Shown here: one piece after another, positions 1-12,244 of the stretch
How the letters are laid out: each line of letters begins with the position of its first letter
Numbering within the stretch: the stretch's first letter is position 1
DNA from: Tubiluchus corallicola
Taxonomy: Eukaryota; Animalia; Priapulida
Direction of reading: 5' to 3'
DNA length: 64,000 nt
Assembly: GCA_030141605.1 (NCBI GenBank)
Contig: JAQGDQ010000537.1
Location: 62,001-126,000, forward strand
Notes under the pieces: model-generated
Seen by the model: only the letters and a program-made list of their open reading frames with translations
Told to the model about the DNA's origin: nothing
The model's database searches: none
Program-made: the position numbers and the translations under genes

Positions 1-181
1 TGACATCAAATTAAACCGCACTTTAACGGGGCGATTTAGAACGGAAAACTTTGAAGAGGAACATATTTCAGTGGAAACTGAAGCTTATGGCAGTCTACAA
101 ACTAGGAAATTAGTACGTTCAATGTAGTAACACAATAACAGGAATTGTTTCTTGCAGGTATTGTCAAAGTAAAAACAGTTA

Positions 182-897
182 CAGAAAGTCCTCGCTTAAC
201 GACTCCTTGTTTTACGACGTTTCGTTCTAACGACGCTGAACATTTGACACCTTTTTTCACTTAACGACGCACGTTTAATTTTTTTTTACTTTGCTCGCAG
301 TCATTTCTATGTTATCAAAAACTTTTTTTACCTAATTTGAAGCATTAAAGCAGTACAAATTGCGTTATTTTGTTCCAAAAACGCATTAATAACCTAAACA
401 GTGCAATTATTATATGTTTCTGCTTTCAGACAGCCCACGTACTAAATTTTATCCTTTTGTATCAAGCGAGATCTATTTGCCGATTTATATGCTTCCAGGC
501 ACCCGAGTTTAAACTTTATGCCAAGGAATTTCATCTGCAACTTGCTATAACCAGATTGCTACTACCTGAAATTGTCTCAAGATCATTTCATGCAGGGCTT
601 GGCTTCACTGGGCTGTGTTTAACTGCTAAGTGCCTATATATAGGCTTCAAGAGACCGCCAATAAGTCTAGCTAGATACTGATAAGAAAGATAGGTGGTTA
701 TAAGCAAACAGGAAGAAAAGTTGAGCAGAAATATAAATAAAACTCATAAAACACTTGATGTATATGATTTAAACAGCACTGATTTTTGCTTCTAGAACGT
801 ATCTCAATTCTTTTTCATTACTTCTTGTGGAAGTCCTGGTTTCACTTAACGTCGCATTTTGCTGGAACGCACAGCGTCGTTAAGCGAGGACTTACTG
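182..897. mobile_element. Tc1/mariner (Tigger/pogo-like) MITE, copy 1
   Basis: TA|CAGAAAGTCCTCGCTTAACGAC ... GTCGTTAAGCGAGGACTTACTG|TA terminal inverted repeats with TA flanks; homologous to 7382-8147. Confidence 0.85.
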
Positions 898-1379
898 TAA
901 ATTAATCCTATATGTGCTTGTTTATGAGAAAATTAGTGGTTATATCACAATAATACTACAAAAACACATGCACAAAGCAATGTATCTTGTAAAATAAACA
1001 ATAATAAACAGGCTTTTAACAATAATTTAAAACAAAATAGAAGCTGTCATGCAAAAATGAACAATAGGCAAAAATTTGCAATATCAACCATAGAAAAAAG
1101 TGTGATGTCTACTGGTTTATTTACTCTATTGCAGCTTGCTATTGTTACAAATTTGTGTACAGTATTTTTTACATTTTATGTGTGCTACTATTACATGTGT
1201 TTATTATTGCATTTTGTAGTTTATTTGTAATTGTTACTTTTTTCTACTAATGGCTGAAGCTATTACTGTGGTATAACCACTACGTTTCTTCTCTTAAATG
1301 TAACTGTGTAGGGATTTTGACAATGCTTGTAAAAATGGGAAAATGTGCACGCAAGGAACATCACATACTGTTATGTAAC

Positions 1380-1713
1380 CAAGGGCTGTGGAGTCGAAGT
1401 TGGAGACATGGAGTCTGAGTCGGCAGGAAATTTATTGTTAGAGGAGTCGGTGTTAGAGTCGGTAAAAATAGACAAACTCAGACTTCTGTTACTTTTAACT
1501 TATAACCCATCTATGCATAATGTCCCATTTTGGGACGCTACAATATTGGTGTCTATGCAGCTAGACTGTTTTTCCAGCATAAGAAGTAGTGATGAAATGC
1601 CACTGTAGCTAAATATTGAGAGTACTACAAACTATTACTTAAAGGCAGGAGTCGGGAGTGGGGGAGTACGATCCTAAATTTCAGGAGTTTAATGTACCAA
1701 CTCCACAGTCCTG
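1380..1713. mobile_element. hAT-like MITE (CAGGGCTGTGGAGTCGG family)
   Basis: Ends CAAGGGCTGTGGAG / CTCCACAGTCCTG, internal GGAGTCGG repeats; a shorter relative lies at 32963-33090. Confidence 0.65.
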
Positions 1714-2032
1714 TATGAAAATACACTGGTGGAGTAGATTCCACAAACGAAATTAATGTGGAGTAAATTCCATTTTCCGCCAAAATATATTAATGTAGAT
1801 TTCACAACAACTGTTGCCGTCAGCATTTCTTTCCCGTCTTTCTGTTGTCCCCTGTTATTCAATATTTCATAGATTTGCTAACAAAACAAATTTTTCAGAA
1901 CAAGGAACATGTAATGTAAGTTATTACAAAGCTTACCGTATTTATATATATATATATAAACTTTATTTATTTTAAGTGGATAGAACTCATAGTTCTATGG
2001 TGGAACTATTGTGGTGGAAGCTTACTGTACTA

Positions 2033-2352
2033 CAGTACACTCCGCATAACTCAAGTCCGACCGGATAAGAAAAAACTTTGAGTTAGGCGATGTTGACCAT
2101 TTTCCAGCATAGAAACTCTAAAACCCTACTCCAGACAGCAAGCTAAATACAAGGCAGAAAGTCAACCCTTCTATACATAAACGACGAGATTTGACGACAA
2201 TTACATAAGGAATAATAAACTATGTAGTGAAACACGATTTTTTTATGTTACAAAAGGACACGTACACAACACTGTTAAACAATATCACTAGGGGCTAGAG
2301 TATCAATTGCATTTTTTGAGTTATGCTATTATGAGTTACGCAGAATTTACTG
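2033..2352. mobile_element. Tigger/pogo-like MITE
   Basis: TA|CAGTACACTCCGCATAACTC ... GAGTTACGCAGAATTTACTG|TA. Confidence 0.7.
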
Positions 2353-2710
2353 TAGCATTAATCAAGTAAGTATGAGAATGCAAGGACGTTTGATAAACAT
2401 ACTAATGCACATCCTGACAGGCTATGGTAACCGAGGAAACAAAAATACAAAACAAAGTACAATTAAATTATATGCCTGGACATGAAAAACTGCAAAACGT
2501 AAACAGATTCGAATACATAAATCAAAATTGTAATGCTGGAAATGGGTGATATCACTTGTTGTCATCTGTACTGGTCGTCATGGCAACTTCAGCTCACACT
2601 GAAAATGCAAAATGAAAACACTTTGGTAACATTATTTTACAAAAAAGTGAAAACAAGAAAAGCATAAAAATAATTAAAGAAAAAAGCAAAAATGCCCTGT
2701 ATGTATACAT

Positions 2711-3054
2711 AACCAGACCCAATCTTAAACTGTAGGTCAAAACAATCCACTTTTTAAAATATTGAAAGGAAACATACAATTTTTTTAATTAATGACTTAC
2801 GTGAAATAATTTCACGTTTGCGCCCCTAGTTCTTCGCTGTTACATGCATTTTGCCATTCTCTAATTAGACAGGCAATTTCGTGAAACGTGTTGCACAAAA
2901 AAACAGGTGCTGTACCTCTCAGTTCAGATGTGTTAGTTTGTGACGAAATACACGTGTTCGACAACTCATGCGTGAGCACAGCGGAAAATTTGAAGTTTGA
3001 ATTTTTGTCTTAAAACTTGTCTAGTTTTAGTACAATGCAGTAAGTATCTTACAC
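2711..3054 (+). mobile_element. Kolobok-like MITE family 1, truncated half copy
   Basis: Aligns with the first half of the copies at 3078 and 13846; breaks off at ATCTTACA. Confidence 0.8.
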
Positions 3055-3077
3055 CATAAGAAGTAAAACACAGTTAA

Positions 3078-3689
3078 AGCAAAACCGGACCCAATGTTAA
3101 ACTGTAGGTCAAAACAATCTACTCTTTACAATATTGAAAGGAAACATACTATTTTTTCAAAAATGACTTACGTGAAAGAATTATTACCACACAAACACAA
3201 TTTCACGTTTGCGCCACTAGTTCTTCGCTGTTACACTCATTTTGCCATTCGCTAGTTAGACGGTCACTAGAGCCTGCATTTTGGAAACACATTGCACAAA
3301 AAACAGGTGCTGTACCACTCAATTCAGATGTGTTAGTTTGTGACGAACTACACACGTTCGACAGCTCATGCGTGAGCACAGCGGTAAATTTGAATTTTTG
3401 TCTTAAAACTTGCCTAGTTTTAGTACAACACACTGAACATCTTACAGTAGCACCATACTTCAATTTTCATTTTCTCAAACACGTGTAACACACTCATGGA
3501 ATATTTTTGCTGTTGAAAATTATGTTAGTTTGTGATGTCATCAATAGTTGGGCTCGCCTGACGTCAACTAAGTTTTTAATCTATTATTTAATTATCAGAA
3601 ATGTTTTCGTAGTATTAACTGTATTAAAACGTATACATTTTATCAGACTTGAAAATGGCGTAGTATATGAAAAATCATCCTGTCATGCT
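3078..3689 (+). mobile_element. Kolobok-like MITE family 1
   Basis: TTAA|AGCAAAACCGG ... CCTGTCATGCT end; ~610 bp family with at least 7 copies in the window; TTAA TSD plus AG termini is typical of Kolobok. Confidence 0.8.
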
Positions 3690-4054
3690 TTATACTTCAT
3701 ACTAAAATGTACATAACTACAACAAAAACTCCCTGTTGCATAAACAATCTAAGCCGGGAGTCTTGTGATCTTTATTTGAACAGGTTGGTAGTCACAACAC
3801 ATTGTTTGTTTAGTTAATGACGAAATTTTTTAAAAAATTTTTTTACACAACAAAAAACCAAATTTTACAGCCGATCTTTTTATTTCTGACAGAATGTTGG
3901 AAACAAGTTATCTAAAAAATGAAAAAAGTAAACGCTACAATTACTCTGGGTTCCCATTCTTGCATGTTCGTAGGGAACTTATACTGTATTATTTTACTTG
4001 TAATAGTTTAGGTTTAATGTGTGTGTTAGTACGTTCAGTAGCTGACAGCTTCAT

Positions 4055-4449
4055 AATAAGCCTTTTCATAGTTTTGTCGTGCGCAGGTGCAGTTGCTGCA
4101 GGTCAAAGGTTAAGTGCACCACAACAATGCGTCTTAGCTACAACTGTCACGTGACATGTGGGTAAAGCAAAACCATGTACTGCACCAGTTCAGTAACTTC
4201 AGTTGTTTTACATGGACTTTACTTAATTATGCATCAGTCTGCGTGTAGAGTGATTTACTAGCAGGATTTTATTTGGGAAAAAGAAAAAATGAACTAGGCA
4301 AGGTTCTAGCTAGCTGTTAAAAGTGCTACTATTAAACAACATGGGCTGCGAGGCGTTGTCAAGTGTACACAAACACGTTGTCTGGTACACTTAACCTTTG
4401 ACCTTTTCACGATCATCATCAATCGCTGGACACTGTGAAAAGGCTTATT
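4055..4449. mobile_element. MITE with AATAAGCCTTTTCA terminal inverted repeats, copy 1
   Basis: AATAAGCCTTTTCA ... TGAAAAGGCTTATT plus inner inverted repeat AGGTCAAAGGTTAAGTG / CACTTAACCTTTGACCT; second copy at 54722-55100. Confidence 0.8.
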
Positions 4450-4697
4450 GAAAATTACAATGTTCAGCTCATACACTTCGTTCTATTTTTGATAGATTGT
4501 CAAAATAATGAATTATTGTTACATAATAACAAACTGAAATTCACAACAGGGTTATGCAGAACAAGATTACATACGTGGTTTAATAGCTGTACCAGCCTGT
4601 ATCACACGTGGCCTTTAATTTATGCGGCTGTTTTGCCATTTTTAGGTCTTTATTATTTTAGCTTTACTATTTGCATTTACAGAGGAGTTAACATGCG

Positions 4698-4792
4698 TAA
4701 ACATGAGCTAACTTATGTTTACAGGACAGATTAGTTTTCAAATTTCGTAAGATATACATATATATACATGTGTGTGTATATATTAAGTAAAG

Positions 4793-4823
<31 letters not shown>

Positions 4824-4930
4824 GTATATGTGTGTATATGTCAATGAGCAACTAGAGCACTTGTTTCTATACCAGATCTCTTACGAAATTTGAAAACTAA
4901 TCTGTTCTACAAACATAAGTTAACTCATGC
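4698..4930. mobile_element. Small fold-back element with (TA)n core
   Basis: ~55-bp imperfect inverted arms (AACTTATGTTT...GATTAGTTTTCAAATTTCGTAAGA and its reverse complement) around TA/TG repeats. Confidence 0.6.
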
Positions 4931-5354
4931 TTCATGCAGCCATTATAGGCTAAATAATGATCTACAAGTAAACATAATTGTAATAGAAGATAATTGTAAT
5001 ATCTTGTGTTGCTTATTTAGTACTTAATTACACTTAAACATTTGACCAATGACTGCTGCGGTGTTTCTGCTGAAAACACATGTTAGCTTATAAGTTATAT
5101 TTCCTCAGAAACGCTGCAATATTTTGTTAAATTATTAACAAAATGCTGTAACAATATTGCGCATTGCTGTCAACTAAGCATTCTAATGCAAAGTGAATAA
5201 ATAAATATTTAAATACACATCATTGAGAGGGCAAGACACTGAATTGGGGCTGGTCTTGTATAAATAAGCATGTAAGCCTACTATGCACTTCTTGAGCAAA
5301 GCTGATTAGCTAATGATGTAAAAAATATCGTGAAAAATGAGAACTTACCAATTA

Positions 5355-5481
5355 TCACACATAGATGCCAACCCACAGTAAAAGAAATAATACACCAAAT
5401 CCCATGAACACGGCCGCAAACAACGAGACCAACAATTCCTTAAAAACATCTCTAGTAAACTTTGTTGATGTGACTTCATAT
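5355..5481 (-). CDS. TMEM258: TMEM258 (oligosaccharyltransferase subunit OST5/Kuduk), last coding exon
   Basis: Translates (V)[41 protein letters not shown], near-identical to the TMEM258 C-terminus; AG acceptor at 5482-5483, phase matches the upstream exon. Confidence 0.95.
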
Positions 5482-5574
5482 CTGAGGAATTTCCAGTTAA
5501 GAAATTGTTTCTATTTAGATATCAAACATTTTCACAGATGAGCACATTAAAGTCAAACTAAACCACAACTACAA

Positions 5575-6230
5575 TATATTTATTTATTAGTGCAAAAAAT
5601 ACAATACAAGCAAAAAACAAGACATACGTACAATTTCAATTTAGAAATATAGTGACACTGCAGACAAACAAAACAATTACTGACAAAACAAATATTATTA
5701 AATCTTCTTGTTAGTTATTTTAGTTATTTAAGTGAAAAGTTTAATGATTAGTATTTAAAATAAATTGTCACTCACTTCACTTTCAATGATATGATCATTA
5801 CATAGTATATTGTTCATCATGAACTTAAAAACGTTTTTTCAACATAATCAATAAATGCCTCAATTACTTCTCATCAGGAATAAAAATTTATCAGCATCGC
5901 TCATAAGGAAAAATTCCAGTTTAATTACATTGATGTGAACATATAATTTTCCTCTAAGATCATTGTAATATGAATATTTTATAACAAAGTGTAATTCGTC
6001 TTCGATTTCATTCTTTAAACAATTTGAGCATATACGATTCTCAGCCGGGATTTTTCTAGGTTTAACGTACCTCCCTCTTTCAATACACAAAGTATGAGAG
6101 CTGATTCTCAGTTTTGTCAATTTTGTTACAGCATATTTGGAATAATCTGAAAGTAAATAGTTTTCTAGTTCATATTGTTTTTTGAAAGTTCGATACATTC
6201 ACAGGTTTGTTTTATCCATCATGTTTGTTA
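5575..6230 (-). mobile_element. LINE (L2/CR1-like) 3' fragment with AAAT tail
   Basis: ORF 5860-6198 has LRISSHTL.IE.GRY...R.C..C...EDE.HF; the 3' UTR is shared with the copy at 59390-59785. Confidence 0.8.
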
Positions 6231-6261
6231 TCCTTATGGATTTTTTCCTTTTTACATCTTC

Positions 6262-6817
6262 TAATATAAGCTTTTACAACTTAAAATCCTACTCTCGCTG
6301 TTAATATTCAATTTATTTTATTACAAACTTACTGCAAAACTTGTTTCGTTTGATTTTTTATCAATTTACTGTTAGCGGTATTAAATTTGAAGAACAGCCA
6401 TTTTTCATCACGCATGACGAATGACGTAATGAATGCAGTCACGTGGTCACCAAAGATCGGTAAACAAACATCGGTAACCAAAGACAAAGAATTCATAGTT
6501 ATTGTTAAACAAAAGAAATTTATAATTTAAATAACTTACCTTTTTTCTGGTGAATTTTGAGCACATGCATTGTTGTAAGGATCGCCATGTTTCGCGTCTT
6601 TGGCACGAGTGCAAGGTACAGATCGTCTTTGGTGACCTCGTAACTGCACTTATAATAACGCCATTCGTCTCGCGCAACAAAGAATGGTGGTTCTTCAAAT
6701 TTAATACCGCTAACAAGAAAGTGATTTAAAAATCCAAAGAAAACAAGTTTTACAGTAAGCTTATAATAAAATAAATTGAATATTTATCGTGAGAGAAAGT
6801 TGTGAAAGCTTATATTA
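6262..6817. mobile_element. Fold-back MITE with ~200-bp inverted arms
   Basis: TAATATAAGCTTTTACAACTT ... AAGTTGTGAAAGCTTATATTA; arm similarity continues inward to GGTCACCAAAGA / TCTTTGGTGACC. Confidence 0.85.
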
Positions 6818-6885
6818 ACTTTAGTTCGACAAACAAAAAAAGCAATTTTCCGTAACTACGTTGCCGAAATTTTAAAAAAGGATAC

Positions 6886-7001
6886 ACAAAAAACCATGCC
6901 ATAAAGAAGATACCGAAACCCAGAAGTACCACAGTGAGATGTGGATATATGGCCGGATTTACCGGTGACACATATCGAGCCATTTCATCCAGACTGGTCT
7001 C
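6886..7001 (-). CDS. TMEM258: TMEM258, internal coding exon; the upstream ATG exon is not resolved (candidate ATG|GTTTGT at 8637-8639)
   Basis: [38 protein letters not shown](V); TTTACAG acceptor; GTATCCTT donor. Confidence 0.93.
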
Positions 7002-7381
7002 CTGTAAACATAAAAAAAAGTTCTTCTATGTCTGTGACTTTACATGGTAGCAGAAGTTGGTGCTTTTTGCTAGCAGAGTTTTTCTCATGATTCTCCAAAA
7101 CAATGGCTATATTTTAATCCACATTCAAATATTTTTATTATGAACTTATCCTTAATGTGACTGTCATAATTAATTTGCCGTTATTAGGTGCTGGTGATTA
7201 GATGACCCAATAAAGCTTTAACTCAATTATTTAATCAAATATTTGTCATGCCATTGCGAATTGTTACATTCTGACTTAGTTTCTGATTGGAGTTTAAAAC
7301 AAATATTCTATGGATTATCTGAGATGCAGAAGACAGAAAAGGGAGGTGCATGCTATTCCCTAGTTCTAATATTAAGAATGA

Positions 7382-8147
7382 CAGTAAATCCTCGCTTAAC
7401 GACTCCCCTTTTAGGGACATTTCATTTTAACAGCGCTGAGCATTTGATATCTTTTTTTCACTTAACGATGCACATTTCATTTCAACGATGTTTTTTTAGT
7501 TAGTTGAAAACCAACTATCATTTATCAACACATTTTTTGCTGAATTTGAAGCAATTAAATGGTACATATTGCATTATTCTGTTTTAAAAGTGCATTAGTC
7601 TTGAAGTCTTGAATAATATACTTCTAAAAGTCTTTGACGACATACTAGAAGTTTAGTAACATTAGTAACATAAACAGTGCAATTATAAATGCTTTTGCTT
7701 CCCAAATGACTACTATACTATCTGCCGTTTCTATCAAGCAAGATGCGAAATAATTCTACCTGCAGCCTGTTCCTACAGCAACCAGACTATGTAGTAAATG
7801 ATACAGTGCCTTGGTATGATTAAATTTCTAAGGTTGCCTCATGCAGTGCTTAGCTTTGATTCTGCAGCGTTTATGCTTTAATGGCTGCCTAGGCTTAAAC
7901 CATAAATACATGAAAGAGAAACCACTAGCTAGGTATTTACTGTAAGAAAGATAGGTGGTTTCAAGCAAGCATAAAGAAATTAATTAGTAGAAACTATAAA
8001 GAAACTCATAAAATGTTTGATTTATATGATTTAAGCAGCATTGATTTTTGACTCCGGAATGCTGCTCAATTTTTTACGTTACGTTCTATGGAAGTTTTGG
8101 TCACGTTTTGCTGGAACGTATTAGCATCATCAAGTGAGGACTTACTG
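7382..8147. mobile_element. Tigger/pogo-like MITE, copy 2
   Basis: CAGTAAATCCTCGCTTAACG ... AAGTGAGGACTTACTG|TA; internal similarity to 182-897. Confidence 0.8.
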
Positions 8148-8959
8148 TATTACAAAGCACCATCATCCATATCAAACATAGTCACTGTCAAGTACAGTGA
8201 CAGTATGACTGGTTCGATCAAGCGGTGTTTTGTCAATCGTGAGCTAAAATAAGTGTTAACTCTGCATACGGCATATGTGCAATGCATACTGGAGTATTCA
8301 ATAGGAGTTTGTTCTCCCTTGTTACAGTATGACATCAAGAGACTGCAAAAAGTCTAAGATAGGTGCTTCAAAAGACTATTCAAACCTTGCGCAAGAACTA
8401 ATTACAAGAACTTGTTCTTTTCTCACCGCGTAGTGCACACGTGGAATAGTTTGTCAGTGCACTTAATATTAACCTATTCAAAGAAAGAATGAGGGCTTCA
8501 AGATAGCTGCGCATTATGAAACCAATATTTTTTATGAAAGTTTAAGTTTTAGCTAAACTAGTCACTTCCGATTTACATTTTAAAACAGCGACTGTATTTA
8601 ATCATGTTAAAACTTAGCGAACAATATTTCACAAACCATTTCTGACTCCTTTCAACTTTAGCAATTACTTTCCAAATTGTTTTCTCATAAATTAACTTCA
8701 CCAATTTTTTTTTCGAAAAAACTAAACTTCTTTGACGTTGGACGCGTGTCAGGTTCTATGCATGTTGTCCTGTGCTGCCATCTGCAGAACGATTGCTAAT
8801 TTAAACAAATTGCTGTAATTCGTCACGACTTATCACCCCCCCCCCAAACACACACAAATGAAGACCTTTCATATTATCGCTTTTTAATTTAATCTGCGGT
8901 GAAAGATATTAATCACAAAACGCTTTTTAAAATGTGTTGCTGAATTCTTTATTTTAGTA

Positions 8960-9400
8960 TCCGTGTGTAAAAATATTTCCAAATCTGCTTTATTGCTTCA
9001 TCAATCATCATCACTCAGGTCAAAAGTTATTGTACCTCTTTATAAAGCTGTAGTTAGACCAATACTGGAATCTGCGTGCGTTGTTTGGTCACCACAGTAT
9101 GTTATTATTTCAAATGCTTTAGAAAAACTCAATGGGGATGTATTAATCTGGCCTCTGATATTCAGCCTGACTCTGTATCTTTTCTTGAACAACACTGCTA
9201 TATTATAGATCTTATTCACTGTTATAAAGTCATTAGTGGTAGCTCTATTTTGTGTAGTGTGGTAGAGATAATTTTTTTCAAGACCACTACGTGATTTACG
9301 TGGACACAATTCTAAATTATTTGTGCAGTACGTTTGCACTAATATCAGAGCTCAATTCTTCTCTTCTCGTGTTGTGGGCCCTGGGAATTGTGAAATGTGT
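8960..9400 (+). mobile_element. Degenerate CR1/L2-type LINE fragment
   Basis: LYKAVVRPILESACVVWSPQY motif, then frameshifted LRGHNSKL...FFS.RVV-like text. Confidence 0.75.
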
Positions 9401-9649
9401 GTAATAGTGAAACAGTTGACTCATCAAATCTACCGCAATTTCGCAAATTGTTGAGGAGAGATCGTCAATGCCCGTGTTGTGGTTAGGTCTCTTAGACTTC
9501 GCAAGCAAGTAGAGTATTGCTTTTATAAATGGTACCGGCGTTTTCGAAAAAGGAGTCGTGGAAGCAAACGTTTCACTTAGGTCAAGTTTGCTTTCTTTGT
9601 TATTTTGGTGCGGGCCTTCGTTTCCATTGGAAATGCCGATGTTTATATT

Positions 9650-11385
9650 ATGGCTGCAGCTAGTAGTGATCATTATTGCTCGGCATATCGAAATTCTTGT
9701 GTAAAGCAACCTGTTTTAATAAAACAGCGCCAGTTGCATCCAGACGTTCTAGTAGCGTATGGAAAAGTAAAAAATGGTGGAGGAAATGATATTAGTGAAA
9801 GCACGGATCCCAAAAAGCCATTAAAGTTTAATAGTTACCGTGATCGTAAGCTGAAACCCGAATTTTCGATGGACGCGAATGTTGGTTTCATGGATACGGA
9901 CATTTCCAGGAAAAACCCGAGCTTTTTGGGCAACAGAAATAACATCGAGGACCACAATATTGACGTGCTGGAAAATTTGAAAAGGAGCTTGGAAATAGGT
10001 GGATCAGAAATTTTTGATGATGATCAAATAGCCCGAATTTGTGAGCATATACAACACTGTAAAGAGGATCACCAGAAAAAGTTGCGTTATATAGAAAAAA
10101 TGTACATTGACAATAGTCGTGAGCATGTAAGGAACAGCTGGAATGGGACAAAACCTGAAACTGGAAACAATGTTGCTAGTTGGCTTACTGGAAATTATGG
10201 AATGGCCGGAGACAGTTCATGGAAACAAATAAATACTTCAGCAGCTCTAAATAAATCAGTGTCTCCTTCCAGAACACAAGCGTGGGTGGAGCATGTTATG
10301 GCACCAGATTATCAAGAGCGCAAATTGCCAGGGGATGCCTTAGGTAAGCATCTGCACGTTGATAACGAGCAAATAAAATACATGTGGAATGACTTTTCTG
10401 TTGAAATGTATTCTCCTAAGCAACTTCATAATGTTTCACACAAGGTAAAGAAGACGTCTTCATCTCCGCAGTGTCAGAACTCAACTTGGTCGCCTAAAAT
10501 TACTGTACCGAAGCCATTTAAAATGAGCATACGAGAGGAATGCATACCAAAGCAAAAAAGTAAAGAACAGTTGGAAATAGAGAGAAAAAAACTGGAGAAT
10601 GAGATGGCTGAAAAAGCAGAGACACAGAAGATATTTCGTGCAAGACCTCCTCCAGCTCATATTTACATACCCTTATATAAGACAATAATGACCGAACAGG
10701 AGGAAAGACGAAAGCATTCAATTGAGAACAGCAAAATAGTCCTGAAATCCAAAGAAAAGCCATTTTCTTTCATGCAGCGTGAGCAAGAAAAGAAGCGAAC
10801 AAAGTCTTTAGACAATATCTCAAAGAAAGGCAATGAAACAGCATCTCCAAAGATCAAAGCTCAACCCCCACCAAGGCACCTCTTTGCTAAAAACACAAAG
10901 GATGACAGGGAGGAACAAGAAATGTACAGGAAGATACGGAAACACATGAGGGCTTTGGAGACCATGGCAAATTCACGTGGACCTACCAACTATCAACGAA
11001 AGCTCAGAACAGATACAGGGCATTCGTCTAAATGTAAGCCGTTGAAGGCAATTCAGATGGAGCCAAAGTTTAAACCTGAAGTGCACGATGTTCCCGACTT
11101 TCAGCGATTACACGGAAACCTTCAACGGCAGCAGCTGAACACTAAGCACGTGCACACGACATGCAAACCTTTTAACTTGCGAACGGAAAAGATTCGATCT
11201 AGAATGGACAAGGTATTACAAGATATCGCAAACGATAGAGAATCACTGCCGGAGACTCGTTGGCCCTACCGGATGAGTCGCACCCGACAGTCTAGTCCTT
11301 CGTCTCCAATGCTAAGATCTTCTTCAGTTGACTGCATTCCTACCAGGACGACTCGATCTGCAGATATGAGATATGAAGAAAGCAG
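9650..11385 (+). CDS. FAM161A: FAM161A-like ciliary/centriolar protein (UPF0564), exon 1
   Basis: ATG at 9650 (MAAASSDHY...NSCVKQP); motifs KITVPKPFKMSIREE, FRARPPPAHIYIPLY, EKPFSFMQRE, PDFQRLH, TTCKPFNL, PETRWPY; ends at an AG|GCAAGT donor. FAM161A versus FAM161B orthology not resolved. Confidence 0.85.
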
Positions 11386-12244
11386 GCAAGTGCTTGTATA
11401 TATTCTGTAAAATACATAAACTGTTGCAACTATAATTTATTTTTTATGACAATGACTTGCAACGCATTTGTCGAGAACTATGCCAGGATGGCATATCTCG
11501 AGTTTAGGTGTTTTTTATCCTGTTTGCGTAGTTCTACCCTTGCAAACTGGTTCTTGAAAATTAGATTTCCATCGTAAACAATTACACATGTAATTTTCAC
11601 TCAAGTCTATAGTATAGCTGGCATCGTGCACAACTGGCCATGTAATTAGCTGAATTAGGCTTTTTTCATAGATCTAGCTAGCCAGGGGTCACATAGCGCT
11701 GACAATCGCTATGTTGCTCCATTGCTCCTTATCGAGCATGACAGTTACCATGAATACAGTATAATACGTATGTCTAAAGCCTTTTTGTATTAGACTTAAC
11801 ATATACATTTAATGTAATCATGTCGTAATTTAGTCATAGTGTAATTTTCTCTTTACTAAAATGTAATACTAAAACGTAGGTGTTATATAATAGACCAGTA
11901 AACCTTTATTACTAAACATGTACTAATTACTCTTGTATCATTGTAAAAATGTAATATTTATCAATAAATATGCGAATGTTTAAATTACTTGTTCTTGTTT
12001 TCGATACAAAAGTAAAACTGCATACATTTAAAAAATTGCTACAAATTAACTCAATTCAGTATTTGTTTGCATCAATAATGCGAAAGCAATTGAATTCAGG
12101 GCATTAAATCAACCAGGTTTTGCTGTACCACCTATTTTTACAAAGACTCAAACTTTTTACATAAAGTTGAAAAGCTAAAAACATTCAATTCATGTTTTAT
12201 GTTTCAACTGCTAAAAATCAGTGTTTTCGACAGCATTTCTCATT

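Noticed and set aside
2574-2587. X-box-like GTCGTCATGGCAAC
   Set aside because: Not near any visible start; it probably lies in the TMEM258 3' UTR exon.
9605-9649. TTG-initiated N-terminal extension of FAM161A in the ORF track
   Set aside because: Artefact of allowing alternative start codons; family-like sequence begins at ATG 9650.
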